Shown here one piece after another: positions 1-8,213 of a stretch of DNA of 32,000 nucleotides; the stretch's first letter is position 1; each line of letters starts with the position of its first letter. The stretch is from Acaryochloris marina S15 (GTDB lineage: Bacteria; Cyanobacteriota; Cyanobacteriia; Thermosynechococcales; Thermosynechococcaceae), in assembly GCF_018336915.1 (NCBI RefSeq), contig NZ_CP064923.1, positions 3,600,001 through 3,632,000 on the forward strand, in the 5' to 3' direction. A program made the position numbers and the translations under genes. The notes below the pieces were generated by a model. It was not told the origin of the DNA, searched no databases, and saw only the letters and a list, made by a program, of their open reading frames with translations.

Positions 1-322
1 GAGACCAGTTAAATAAAGCTCCAAAAAATCGCATAATCAACTGCCCCATCACCAGACTGGCGAGATAAAAGCCCAGACCCGCCGTCGCCACATTAGCGAT
101 GGCCAAAATAAACTGAACATCAATCTCTGTTGTCGATTGTCGCCAGTAGATCTGGAGCCACAAAGCCAATCCCACCAACCCTAAACGGAAAAAGGCAAAA
201 CTAAAAAGTCGTACATCTAGCTCAATGCCTTCATCCCAGGTAAATTGCCAAAGCATTTGTTGTATGGCCCACTTATCTTGAGGTTGGGCAGGACGCAGCA
301 CGTAAGGAGTAGAAGTTGACAT
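1..322 (-). CDS. hypothetical membrane protein, N-terminal fragment (gene runs off the left edge)
   Basis: Not in the supplied track. The reverse-strand ATG at 322-320 opens a frame that stays open to base 1: MSTSTPYVLRPAQPQDKWAIQQMLWQFTWDEGIELDVRLFSFAFFRLGLVGLALWLQIYW... Hydrophobic stretches suggest TM helices. About 107 aa is too little for a family call. Confidence 0.45.
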   Translation of the reverse strand, partial: MSTSTPYVLRPAQPQDKWAIQQMLWQFTWDEGIELDVRLFSFAFFRLGLVGLALWLQIYWRQSTTEIDVQFILAIANVATAGLGFYLASLVMGQLIMRFFGALFNWS

Positions 323-418
323 GGAACTAGGGACATAGGAAGGGTCTGTTCCATTCATATCATTTGCCCACCAGAATCTCTGCGGTTCTTCGGCGGGTGA
401 TCTGCGGAAAAACTTGGG

Positions 419-1792
419 CTAGGGAAATAGCTTAGAGCAAAGAATATGATTGGGGTCGAAGGTGTCTTTGGCCTGCTGCCACCCTTGCCAATCAGAACCA
501 AAGTGTTGGGACCAGAAATCGGGGGTAGTCTCTCCCAACCATCCGGACAAATATCGCTTGCCGCCTGCGCCCATCACTAACTGATGGACTTGTTCTAAGG
601 CCGTCAACGCTTGAGTCTTTAAGGAGGGCGGAATGCCGGTCGGCAATACGGCGAAGAGAAAGGCCCGTTCAGGCTTCATCAGGAATCGAGGGGTAGGTCG
701 TTCGGCGACCAACAACACTCGATGACCATCACCAAAGCAGGGGGGTAAGATCTCTAGAATTTTTGGAATGATCTCTGTTGCGGCACTTAAGGGCAATAGA
801 CAGTCAAACCACGGATGGAGCTGTTGCCAAGCTCCGCTGGCCTGCATGGACCGAAACCGTAGATCGTAACGGGCGGCATAATCAGCCGTATCGTCATCTT
901 CTATATGGAGAAGCTTGTGGTAATTCAAGCCTGCCAATACCTGTTCTTGCTGGGGAGGCGTTGCAGGATCAAACTCTACACTTACATGTAGGCCCCACAA
1001 CCACTGCACTAGGGGGCGACGCCCTGTAGGCGTTTTCTGTAAACCCTGCATACTAGCAGAGCAAAATCCTTCTAAGTAATCGATGCGATCGCACAGCTGA
1101 TTCTGATCCCTCATCCAGGTTTCTAGATCTTCATAGACCAAAAAATAAGTGCGTATCTGAGGTTTAATCGGTCGCGTGGCTAAGGTTGCCGATAGGATGA
1201 CCGCACATCGTCCCTGTCCCCCCAACACTGCGGCATAGAGATCAGGATTTTTATCGACGGTACACCAAAGTCTTTCCCCTGCCCCGGTCACCACTTCTAG
1301 GGCAATCACGTTTGCGATCGCAGGCCCATACCGATGACTATTGGCCCCAAATCCTCCCGCTGATAACGTTCCCCCCACCGTTAAATTCAGATTGAGGGGC
1401 ATCATACAAGGCAAATGCTGATAGGGCTTCAGTGCAGCAACCAACTGTCGCCACGTAGTGCCAGCACCACAGGTCACTTGCTGAGGCAAAGTTTCAGAAT
1501 AGTTAATATCATCCAATCTTGAGGTATCCAAAGTGATCCCCCCAGGACTAATAGACTGTCCATTTTGGCTACATCCTTTGCCCCGCAGCGTGACCGGCAA
1601 CTGGTCACGATTAGCCAACTGCAACAATGCAGCCACATCCTCCCCATGCCGAGGTTGAACCACTAAGCGTGATTGTCCCTGAATCAGATGTCCAAAATCA
1701 TGACTAGCAGTAGTTAAAACAGCAGGATCACTATCAAACGGCAATCCAATTTCGCTAACTCCATGAGTTAATGCAAAAGTTTTCTGAAACAC
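419..1792 (-). CDS. FAD-binding PCMH/VAO-type oxidoreductase, cytokinin-dehydrogenase (CKX)-like
   Basis: 457-aa ORF with a GVG-type alternative start (GTG at 1792). FAD-domain signatures LRGKGCSQNGQS and TVGGTLSAGGFGANSHRYGP. The C-terminal half and the DTFDPNHIL tail resemble the substrate domain of CKX-family enzymes. Confidence 0.8.
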   Translation of the reverse strand: MFQKTFALTHGVSEIGLPFDSDPAVLTTASHDFGHLIQGQSRLVVQPRHGEDVAALLQLANRDQLPVTLRGKGCSQNGQSISPGGITLDTSRLDDINYSETLPQQVTCGAGTTWRQLVAALKPYQHLPCMMPLNLNLTVGGTLSAGGFGANSHRYGPAIANVIALEVVTGAGERLWCTVDKNPDLYAAVLGGQGRCAVILSATLATRPIKPQIRTYFLVYEDLETWMRDQNQLCDRIDYLEGFCSASMQGLQKTPTGRRPLVQWLWGLHVSVEFDPATPPQQEQVLAGLNYHKLLHIEDDDTADYAARYDLRFRSMQASGAWQQLHPWFDCLLPLSAATEIIPKILEILPPCFGDGHRVLLVAERPTPRFLMKPERAFLFAVLPTGIPPSLKTQALTALEQVHQLVMGAGGKRYLSGWLGETTPDFWSQHFGSDWQGWQQAKDTFDPNHILCSKLFP

Positions 1793-1968
1793 TGTCTCAC
1801 CCCTCCAAAAAAGCTCTAAACTCGAAAAAGTTATCCAGTCATTTTCAAAAAATCGTTAATTAGTCGAAAGGTGAATCAAAGTCACCGATAGTTCACTTAA
1901 ATGAGATTTAATAACATCAGCATTCTGTTTAATCTCTGGTTTTAGAAAGAATTCTTCAAAAATATTGG

Positions 1969-2006
1969 GAAATCAAAAATAGATAGCTTTTTCTATTTTT
2001 GATTTC
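1969..2006 (-). terminator. hairpin downstream of the 2197-3210 gene
   Basis: Perfect 15-bp inverted repeat gaaatcaaaaataga / tctatttttgatttc with an 8-nt loop, about 190 nt past the stop codon. No clean U-tract. Confidence 0.3.
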
Positions 2007-2196
2007 TGCTGATGCAACATTTTCGTAGAGCTAAAGATATGGTTATCTATCTGACATGCAATTACTAGAAAAAATCCTCTAGGTACTCAAAAAAGAGTGG
2101 AATTAGATAGCATTCAACGTCCTTTCATGATAGAAACTGGTTTTAGTTCCCTTCTATAAGACTGAACCATATCTCTACCTCTACTTAACTTAGGAC

Positions 2197-3210
2197 TTAG
2201 CCTACGTTAATGATGGAAGCTTGTTGATGATTACGCTGAGGCAACACCACATTTTGCATCATGTACTCAACGGTATGGGGATGAATCCACCCCTTATCAG
2301 CAAGGAGTTTTCCAATAGGCTTGTTCACCTCTTGTTGCTCTTGTAATGCCTCCTCAAGCTGGGCATGAGTGACTAAATTTGCTTCTAACAAATAGCAACC
2401 AAATGGCTTTAAGTCTGCAGTAGGTGCAGCCGTTGCCGGCGCAGCCAGTCGATCGGTATAGAGGTTGTTCTGAGTCGTAACTTTGAGATAATCGAGATAT
2501 TCACTTTCCAAAGCAGGCTGAATATTCGCTTGCTGTGCAAAGGCCAACAACTCATTCATCAAGTTCGTGAACACCGCAAAGGTTTCATCTACCGCCACAT
2601 AAGCCGCTTGCCGCTCTTCCTCCGATAGTTCTACCGCTTCGATCACCTGTCGTGACTCGGTTGAACAGAACGTATGACCTGTATCGACTTCTAGATGGCC
2701 TGCACCGAAGTATTCGTAGTCATATTGAGTTTTTTTTGTGAGCTCACGAGCAGGAGCCGCTGAGTTAGCGAGCAGAATATTTCCCGTCGATTCAGTGGCT
2801 TCAATGATTGTGAACTTACGGGCTGGACTCGCCTGGTAGGTCGCATTGTAAAGGTAGTACGCAGCCGCGCGGGCATTGATCGTTTGCTCATTCCAAAGGA
2901 ATTCCAAAGATTCATTGAAACTCAGTCTGGGGTTGAATCTGAGCTTGTCCATATCACTGAGCAACCAAGGCCAGTGATGGTCATCTTCATAGGTATGAAC
3001 ATTAATAATTTTCTGGAGCTCATCGGTGGTCGGTTCATCCCGAAAAACCTGGCGATTTAGTTCACCAAAACTCATAGCAAATGGTGCAATGCAGGGTGCA
3101 AAGGCTAATCTTCGCCTTGGATCAATGGTTTGATCTTGGAGGAATTCAAACAAAGGCAATTGCGCAAATTCTTTCTTTTTTTGGTTGATATGAGCAAGAA
3201 CTTTTTTCAT
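2197..3210 (-). CDS. heme-oxygenase-like di-iron oxidase/oxygenase (HDO, UndA/CADD-type fold) with C-terminal GspE-N-like helical tail
   Basis: 337-aa ORF with ATG at 3210. Candidate ligand motifs spaced as in UndA-type HDOs: HTYEDDHHW (E-x2-H), IEATESTGN (compare UndA AIEGATGE) and HLEVDTGH (H-x3-D-x2-H, compare UndA HAQYDDAH). The last ~70 aa (FGCYLLEANLVTHAQLEEALQEQQEVNKPIGKLLADKGWIHPHTV) resemble the T2SSE_N/PilB N-terminal repeat. Confidence 0.6.
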   Translation of the reverse strand: MKKVLAHINQKKKEFAQLPLFEFLQDQTIDPRRRLAFAPCIAPFAMSFGELNRQVFRDEPTTDELQKIINVHTYEDDHHWPWLLSDMDKLRFNPRLSFNESLEFLWNEQTINARAAAYYLYNATYQASPARKFTIIEATESTGNILLANSAAPARELTKKTQYDYEYFGAGHLEVDTGHTFCSTESRQVIEAVELSEEERQAAYVAVDETFAVFTNLMNELLAFAQQANIQPALESEYLDYLKVTTQNNLYTDRLAAPATAAPTADLKPFGCYLLEANLVTHAQLEEALQEQQEVNKPIGKLLADKGWIHPHTVEYMMQNVVLPQRNHQQASIINVG

Positions 3211-3675
3211 CCCGATCCCCTTCGTATAGGTAAAATACTTGAATCTATTTTTCTCTCTGAGCTTAATTTTTTGAGAGATACTTCCTCGACAACTAATACA
3301 GAAATTACTATTTACGTAAATGATTATTGCAGAAATATTTAATTTAGTGAAGTAATGAAAAATACATTAATATATTGTCAGTTTTTGATATAGAAAAAGA
3401 GATCTTGTGAATTCCTAAATAGATATTATTTTATTTATTCCATAAAGAATATTTTTATAGTCAGTTATCAGCAAATACAGTTCTTTTTTTACATTAGTAG
3501 TTAGTTCAAATACATCAATAGAGCCTTGACAATATTTTTTCTTGGCATACTTTTTTCCCTCTAGCTATCAGCATCGATAGTTAATACCAAATTCAACTTG
3601 TTTTATCCAAAAAGGTTAAAAAAGTGGAATAGATATTTATTTATCTGCAGTAAATCATCTTAAAACAGCTAAATA

Positions 3676-3710
3676 GAGTGAATCCTCCACTTTTAACGGA
3701 GGATTCACTC
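3676..3710 (-). terminator. hairpin terminator candidate of the SLH gene
   Basis: Perfect 13-bp stem gagtgaatcctcc / ggaggattcactc with a 9-nt loop, 23 nt downstream of the stop at 3733. On the minus strand it is followed by tatttagctgtttt (T-rich). Confidence 0.5.
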
Positions 3711-3732
3711 TCAAGAGGGGAATAAAGCTGTG

Positions 3733-5094
3733 CTAGCTCAGGTTAAACGGCTTTTCCAAAATGAGGTTGAGGTCGGTCTGTGGATCAATAACAACGACTT
3801 CATCCACGGCAGGATCGATAACGCCACCAATCGTTGCCCCCGAAGCAGCGCCTGCTAGAACTTTCTCGGCTGTAATGGTGCGATCACCAATGACCGTTGA
3901 TAGGCCAGCGGCGGCGGCAGCCCCCAGAGCAGAGTCTCTAGCCACTGAAAGCCAAGGACGATTGCGGTTGGTTTCAATGGCCGTCCCTACCGCAGCTCCC
4001 GTCAGGACTTTTTCTGCTGTGATGTTGCCATCTCCAATCACACTCGACAACCCTGCAGCAGCACCGGCACCTAAAACAGCATTTCGAGCCAGGGCTAACA
4101 AATTTGGATCGCGAGCGCTGATAGTACGGGTAATAATCTCAGAAGAGGCATCAAGGGAATAGTTTTTGCCATCAATCATGACCTCACGGGCAACAAATTG
4201 AGTCCCATCCCTTTGGGGTTGAAGTTCGCCCCTGATAGAGCTGCCTTTGGGAATGATAATATTGCCCTGATTATCTTTAATGTCCTGAGCCACCTTGAGG
4301 GTTAGGGGTGCAGTCTCTTGGGGAGAGACAATCACTTTTTGGGCCACATCATAAAAGACCGGAATTTCGGTTCGAACTTGTAAACCTTGAGATGGAACCC
4401 CTGCAATGTAGTTGCCAGAGATCAATGATGCCTGTTGCGGGGTCTTGAGCGCTTGGCAAAGGAATGATGCGACTTCTGCCCGTGTTGCTCTATTGTTGGG
4501 TTTTAAGTACCGAACATCAGGATAATTGACAACAAGTTGAGTTTGGGTTGCGGCTGCGATCGCATCACGCGCATAACTGGGTATTGCACTGGCATCAGCA
4601 TAGGTATTACCGAGGGTGGCATTAATTGACCCTGTAGGTGTGTTCCCCAAACCATTGTTGAGGGACACCAAGACTTGAGTTCGAGGAATTTGCTGGGAAG
4701 GACGAAACTCACCACTGGGGTAGCCGGTTAGAAATCCAGTTTGGGAAGCGGTCCGAATCGCATTGGCGGCCCAAAAGTTAGACCGAACATCGGTGAAAGA
4801 ACGGGCATTGCGATCGCGGGTTGCATTGGGAAATGCATTGACCACCATCGTGGCATATTCGGCCCGGGTGACAGGAGCATTTGGGCGAAATTCGCCGTTG
4901 GGATAACCATTGATAATATTGCGTTGGGCCAGGGATTGAATACAACTTTGCGCCCAATGACCTTGAGTATCTGAAAAGCGAGTTTGGGCAAGGACGGTAG
5001 ATTGAGCGAGGAAAGGACTAACCAGAGCGGTAGAGAGTCCCAAACTCAAAAGCGCAGCCGTTGAAGACTTCCATTGGTGTGAGGGTGTCATCAT
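3733..5094 (-). CDS. S-layer homology (SLH) domain cell-envelope protein
   Basis: The track ORF starts at TTG 5106; the first ATG is at 5094. Signal-like N-terminus MTPSHQWKSSTAALLSLGLSTALVSPFLAQSTVLAQ. Three SLH repeats (FSDTQGHWAQSCIQSLAQRNIINGYPNGEFRPNAPVTRAEYATMVV; FTDVRSNFWAANAIRTASQTGFLTGYPSGEFRPSQQIPRTQVLVSL; YADASAIPSYARDAIAAATQTQLVVNYP...RATRAEVASFL). The C-terminal part is Gly/Ala-rich. Confidence 0.85.
   Translation of the reverse strand: MMTPSHQWKSSTAALLSLGLSTALVSPFLAQSTVLAQTRFSDTQGHWAQSCIQSLAQRNIINGYPNGEFRPNAPVTRAEYATMVVNAFPNATRDRNARSFTDVRSNFWAANAIRTASQTGFLTGYPSGEFRPSQQIPRTQVLVSLNNGLGNTPTGSINATLGNTYADASAIPSYARDAIAAATQTQLVVNYPDVRYLKPNNRATRAEVASFLCQALKTPQQASLISGNYIAGVPSQGLQVRTEIPVFYDVAQKVIVSPQETAPLTLKVAQDIKDNQGNIIIPKGSSIRGELQPQRDGTQFVAREVMIDGKNYSLDASSEIITRTISARDPNLLALARNAVLGAGAAAGLSSVIGDGNITAEKVLTGAAVGTAIETNRNRPWLSVARDSALGAAAAAGLSTVIGDRTITAEKVLAGAASGATIGGVIDPAVDEVVVIDPQTDLNLILEKPFNLS
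3826..4080 (-). repeat. internal tandem duplication encoding two Gly/Ala-zipper-like units in the SLH protein
   Basis: Unit 1 LGAGAAAGLSSVIGDGNITAEKVLTGAAVGTAI (about 3976-4077). Unit 2 LGAAAAAGLSTVIGDRTITAEKVLAGAASGATIG (3826-3930). They are separated by 15 aa. Confidence 0.8.
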
Positions 5095-5375
5095 GCAGGT
5101 CACCAAAAAATTAATTTCAGTGATAAATGATGGATTGCTAATTATTTTAGTTCCTAATAAAGTAAATGAAACTTTTATAGGACTATTGAGTCTTATAATT
5201 CAAAATATAGTACTTTAATCCCATTTTTAATTATATTTGAAACTTTATAGGGTTATCCGTAGTCGCCCTTTCTTTTCATCCCATTCTCCCTGCCCATGAG
5301 GGAAGCATAACTTTCCTCTCTCTAACTCCCTTGACGTGTTAGAACTGGCTTGGGTTGCCAGGGATAACGCCTTAC

Positions 5376-5903
5376 ATGTCAGACTCAGAGCAGGTTCAGA
5401 TTCGATTTTGTACGCCAGCGGATTATGTTGCGATCGCATCCATATACAATGAAGCGATCTCCACGGGCAGTATCACCTTCGATACTCGTCAATTCAAAGC
5501 AAAAGATATTCAAGCCTGGGTAGATAAATTTTGCGATCGCGAATGTCTATTAGTGATTGAGCGTCAGCAGCAGATTCTGGGCTGGGGCATTGTCAAACAA
5601 TATAGTGATCGCCCTGGGTATCGGGTCTGCTGCGAAACATCGATTTACCTGACCTTTGCCGCAAAGGGTCAAGGGTTGGGGAAAATGATGCAAACTGCTC
5701 TGCTAGAAAAGGTGGTTGAGCTAGACTACCACCATGTCGTCGTCAAAATTGTCGCTACCAATGATGACAGTATTGCCTTCCACAAGGGCTTTGGTTTTGA
5801 AATGGTCGGTGTGCAAAAAGAGGTTGGGCATGTTGCTGATCGCTGGCAAGATGTTGCCATCATGCAGCTCATTCTGCCTCAAGTGCCACCCTACTCTCCC
5901 TGA
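5376..5903 (+). CDS. GNAT N-acetyltransferase, phosphinothricin-acetyltransferase-like
   Basis: The track ORF begins at TTG 5355; the in-frame ATG is at 5376 (MSDSEQVQIRF...). Pattern IRFCTPADYVAIASIYNEAISTGSITFDT...QGQGLGKMM...NDDSIAFHKGFGFEMVG is typical of the PAT/MddA-type GNAT subfamily. Confidence 0.8.
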   Translation: MSDSEQVQIRFCTPADYVAIASIYNEAISTGSITFDTRQFKAKDIQAWVDKFCDRECLLVIERQQQILGWGIVKQYSDRPGYRVCCETSIYLTFAAKGQGLGKMMQTALLEKVVELDYHHVVVKIVATNDDSIAFHKGFGFEMVGVQKEVGHVADRWQDVAIMQLILPQVPPYSP

Positions 5904-5937
5904 GTCGTAGTTGATACAGAATGAGTTGAATAGAGAC

Positions 5938-6324
5938 ATGAACGAAGCAGAAGAAGCAGCGGGACTCCCAAAAACATCAAACTATCGTTATGCCAAACGA
6001 GTGGGCAACCAGCTATTTGTGGCTGGACAAGTTCCACACGATTCCAATGGCCAACTGGTTGGTCAATCGGCTCCATCCGTCCAAGCAACTCAATGCCTAG
6101 CCAATCTTCGCCAGCTTCTTGTTGTGAATGGATTTAGCGAAAGTGACATTCAGCAGGTCACCATTTATGTGGTCGGTGAAGCTACCAATCTTGCTAGTGC
6201 CTGGAATGCTGTCGAACAGTGGTTTGATGATGAAGTACCCCCTGCAACCCTTTTAGGAGTCGCTCAATTAGGCTATGTCGATCAGCTAGTCGAAATTGAC
6301 GCCACTATTATCCAAGAGACATAA
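5938..6324 (+). CDS. RidA/YjgF/L-PSP family protein
   Basis: The track ORF begins at TTG 5911; ATG 5938 gives 128 aa, the usual RidA size. Motifs RVGNQLFVAGQVP, TIYV and VEIDATI are typical of the family. Confidence 0.85.
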   Translation: MNEAEEAAGLPKTSNYRYAKRVGNQLFVAGQVPHDSNGQLVGQSAPSVQATQCLANLRQLLVVNGFSESDIQQVTIYVVGEATNLASAWNAVEQWFDDEVPPATLLGVAQLGYVDQLVEIDATIIQET

Positions 6325-6365
6325 GATCATACAGACCAAAAAAGCATTCTTGGAATACCACCCAA

Positions 6366-6650
6366 TTAGGCTGTAACCTGCACCCCTTTCCAAAAAGCAA
6401 CGTACCCCTTAATATTCTTGACTGCATCTTTGGGGTCAGGGTAATACCAAGCGGCGTCTTTATTTACCTGACCCTCCACTTCAAGACTGTAGTAGTTGGC
6501 AACACCTTTCCACGGACAATTTGAATGGGTATCACTGGCCTTGAAGTAGTCAGTTTCAACGGCATCAGGGGGGAAGTATTGATTTCCGTCTACTACTTCG
6601 CATTGATCGCTTTCAGCGATAACTACTCCATTCCAAACTGCTTTTGACAT
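6366..6650 (-). CDS. DUF427 domain protein
   Basis: 94 aa: AVWNGVVIAESDQCEVVDGNQYFPPDAV...CPWKGVANYYSLEVEGQVNKDAAWYYPDPK...GYVAFWKGVQV matches the DUF427 consensus nearly residue for residue, as I recall it. Confidence 0.8.
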   Translation of the reverse strand: MSKAVWNGVVIAESDQCEVVDGNQYFPPDAVETDYFKASDTHSNCPWKGVANYYSLEVEGQVNKDAAWYYPDPKDAVKNIKGYVAFWKGVQVTA

Positions 6651-6713
6651 TAAGACTCTCTCCGACTCAAACTCTTCTTCCTTGTAACGTACCGTGTCAA
6701 ATCTGACAAGTGA

Positions 6714-7184
6714 ATGGGAAACCTGTGGTTAGGGCCAAATAGACTTTTTTGGCGACCTGACAATCCTTTTATCCAATACAAACTAGGGAATATGGCTCCA
6801 ACAAAACCCAGGCCCCCCGTTCAAGTTATTGATTCTTTTCTCACTCAGCAAGATATTTTGAGTGCCTTAGTGGTTTGGATTATTCTCGAAGGGTTTAGCT
6901 TTATTCTCTTGCCCAACTTCACCCTCATCTCCGGGGAGAATAAAACCCTGACCTGGGTTTTGATTACTACCCCTCTGGGTATCGCTGGGTCGATCATCAT
7001 TGGTATTTGTTCAAGCTGTTTGCAATACTGCCATGTGCGACTGCATAAAGCCGATCCTAAAAAAAAGCTCTTGGTTGCCTTCGCGAATATGGGTAGTTGG
7101 CTGGGCTTGGCAGGAATCGGGTTTCCCCTGATCGTTGTGGGCCTAGAATTTTGGCTGCTGATTGTTCACGGTATTGATAGTTAA
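6714..7184 (+). CDS. hypothetical small membrane protein
   Basis: 156-aa ORF with ATG start and about 4 hydrophobic segments (LSALVVWIILEGFSFILLP, WVLITTPLGIAGSIIIGIC, WLGLAGIGFPLIVVGLEFWLLIV). No recognisable family. Confidence 0.5.
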   Translation: MGNLWLGPNRLFWRPDNPFIQYKLGNMAPTKPRPPVQVIDSFLTQQDILSALVVWIILEGFSFILLPNFTLISGENKTLTWVLITTPLGIAGSIIIGICSSCLQYCHVRLHKADPKKKLLVAFANMGSWLGLAGIGFPLIVVGLEFWLLIVHGIDS

Positions 7185-7244
7185 CCCATTTGCGGGAAAA
7201 ACCTACAGTGTTTAGGGTGTGAGGTGATACGGAAAAGATTCAAT

Positions 7245-8195
7245 CTATTGCCCATCCTTCAGCCAGTAGGGGTCTTCCGTAAAGACAATGTCGATTTCAG
7301 GGAACGGATGTAAATCTGCGATCGCATCTGCAAACTTCTGCCTCAACTGGTCGAGTTCTTGCACCCGCTCAACCGCAAACTCAGCAGGGACGAGAAGCTG
7401 AATAAAGACATACAGCACTCGTCCTTGAACCATCATCTGCAAATGAAATCGATCGATGGGGTGTTTTTGACTGCGGGCAACTTGGGCAATGGTCTTGCGA
7501 ATCTCTCGGTCCAACTCGCTTTCTGGAGCAACGCCTAATAGTTGATTGACCCCTTCAAATACAGTGCGTAACGGTAGGGGGATGATAACCAGCACCAAAA
7601 GAGCGACTAGCAGCGGGTCAACGTAAGGGAGATAAATATTCCAAGCGGTGTCTTGCAGTAACATCGTCACCACAAAGGTCAAGGCAACTGCGCTACTAAT
7701 ACAGCCATCCACCGTCCAGTCTCGGGCTTCAACCTCTAGCAACGGTAAGTTCAACCGTCGGGCATAGCGATGCATCAAGATGGCAAAGGTAAAACACCCC
7801 ATTGTGGACAGGGTAGCATAGGCCAAGGCTAAGCCCACGACAAGATCTCGTCCTCCATGCAGCAAGTCTTCTATCGCCGATACGAAAGCAAACAAGCTGA
7901 CGGATAGAACAATAATGCCCTTAATCGTATTAATAAAAGGCTCAAATCCGTAATAGCCAAACTGGTAGCGACGACTGGGGCCTTCCTGGATCAGAGCTGC
8001 TACTTTGAGACTGACAAAGCTCATGGTCATGGTCATCAGGGAGTAAAACCCATCCAGCAAGATAGCTCCAGAATGGGTATATAGCCCAAACACCCCACCC
8101 AACACGGCAAAAATAGCCGATCCTATGATCGATAGAGTCAACGCCCATTGCTCTTGGGTGCCCTGATCCGGCGGTGTTGTTGTCGTAGCTATCAT
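7245..8195 (-). CDS. cation diffusion facilitator (CDF) family transporter
   Basis: 316 aa. Six-TM N-terminal domain plus a cytoplasmic C-terminal domain. The FGYYGFEPFINTIKGIIVLSVSLFAFVSAIEDLL segment is typical of CDF TM3. Lies 18 nt downstream of the methyltransferase gene on the same strand. Confidence 0.8.
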   Translation of the reverse strand: MIATTTTPPDQGTQEQWALTLSIIGSAIFAVLGGVFGLYTHSGAILLDGFYSLMTMTMSFVSLKVAALIQEGPSRRYQFGYYGFEPFINTIKGIIVLSVSLFAFVSAIEDLLHGGRDLVVGLALAYATLSTMGCFTFAILMHRYARRLNLPLLEVEARDWTVDGCISSAVALTFVVTMLLQDTAWNIYLPYVDPLLVALLVLVIIPLPLRTVFEGVNQLLGVAPESELDREIRKTIAQVARSQKHPIDRFHLQMMVQGRVLYVFIQLLVPAEFAVERVQELDQLRQKFADAIADLHPFPEIDIVFTEDPYWLKDGQ

Positions 8196-8213
8196 TTCAC
8201 TGCCTATCTGTGA

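Noticed and set aside
778-1029. Nested and antisense ORFs inside longer genes. Examples: 778-1029, 2691-2915, 4503-4991, 7942-8148, 8900-9341, 9573-9942, 10609-10851, 13622-14799, 16344-16646, 17049-17270, 17688-19141, 20432-21202, 22329-22904, 24070-24471, 26696-26935, 27256-27824, 28423-28791, 30871-31881
   Set aside because: All lie within or antisense to longer ORFs that carry clear family signatures, and none has a motif of its own.
3526-3553. Plus-strand TTGACA-16-TACTTT promoter-like match pointing into the 3' end of the SLH gene (possible antisense or sRNA promoter)
   Set aside because: The -35 match is perfect, but there is no downstream ORF or U-tract terminator. Such matches arise easily in AT-rich spacers, so it is not supportable without transcript data.
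3761-4162. 133-aa Ala/Pro-rich plus-strand ORF
   Set aside because: It is the antisense shadow of the Gly/Ala-rich C-terminus of the SLH protein.
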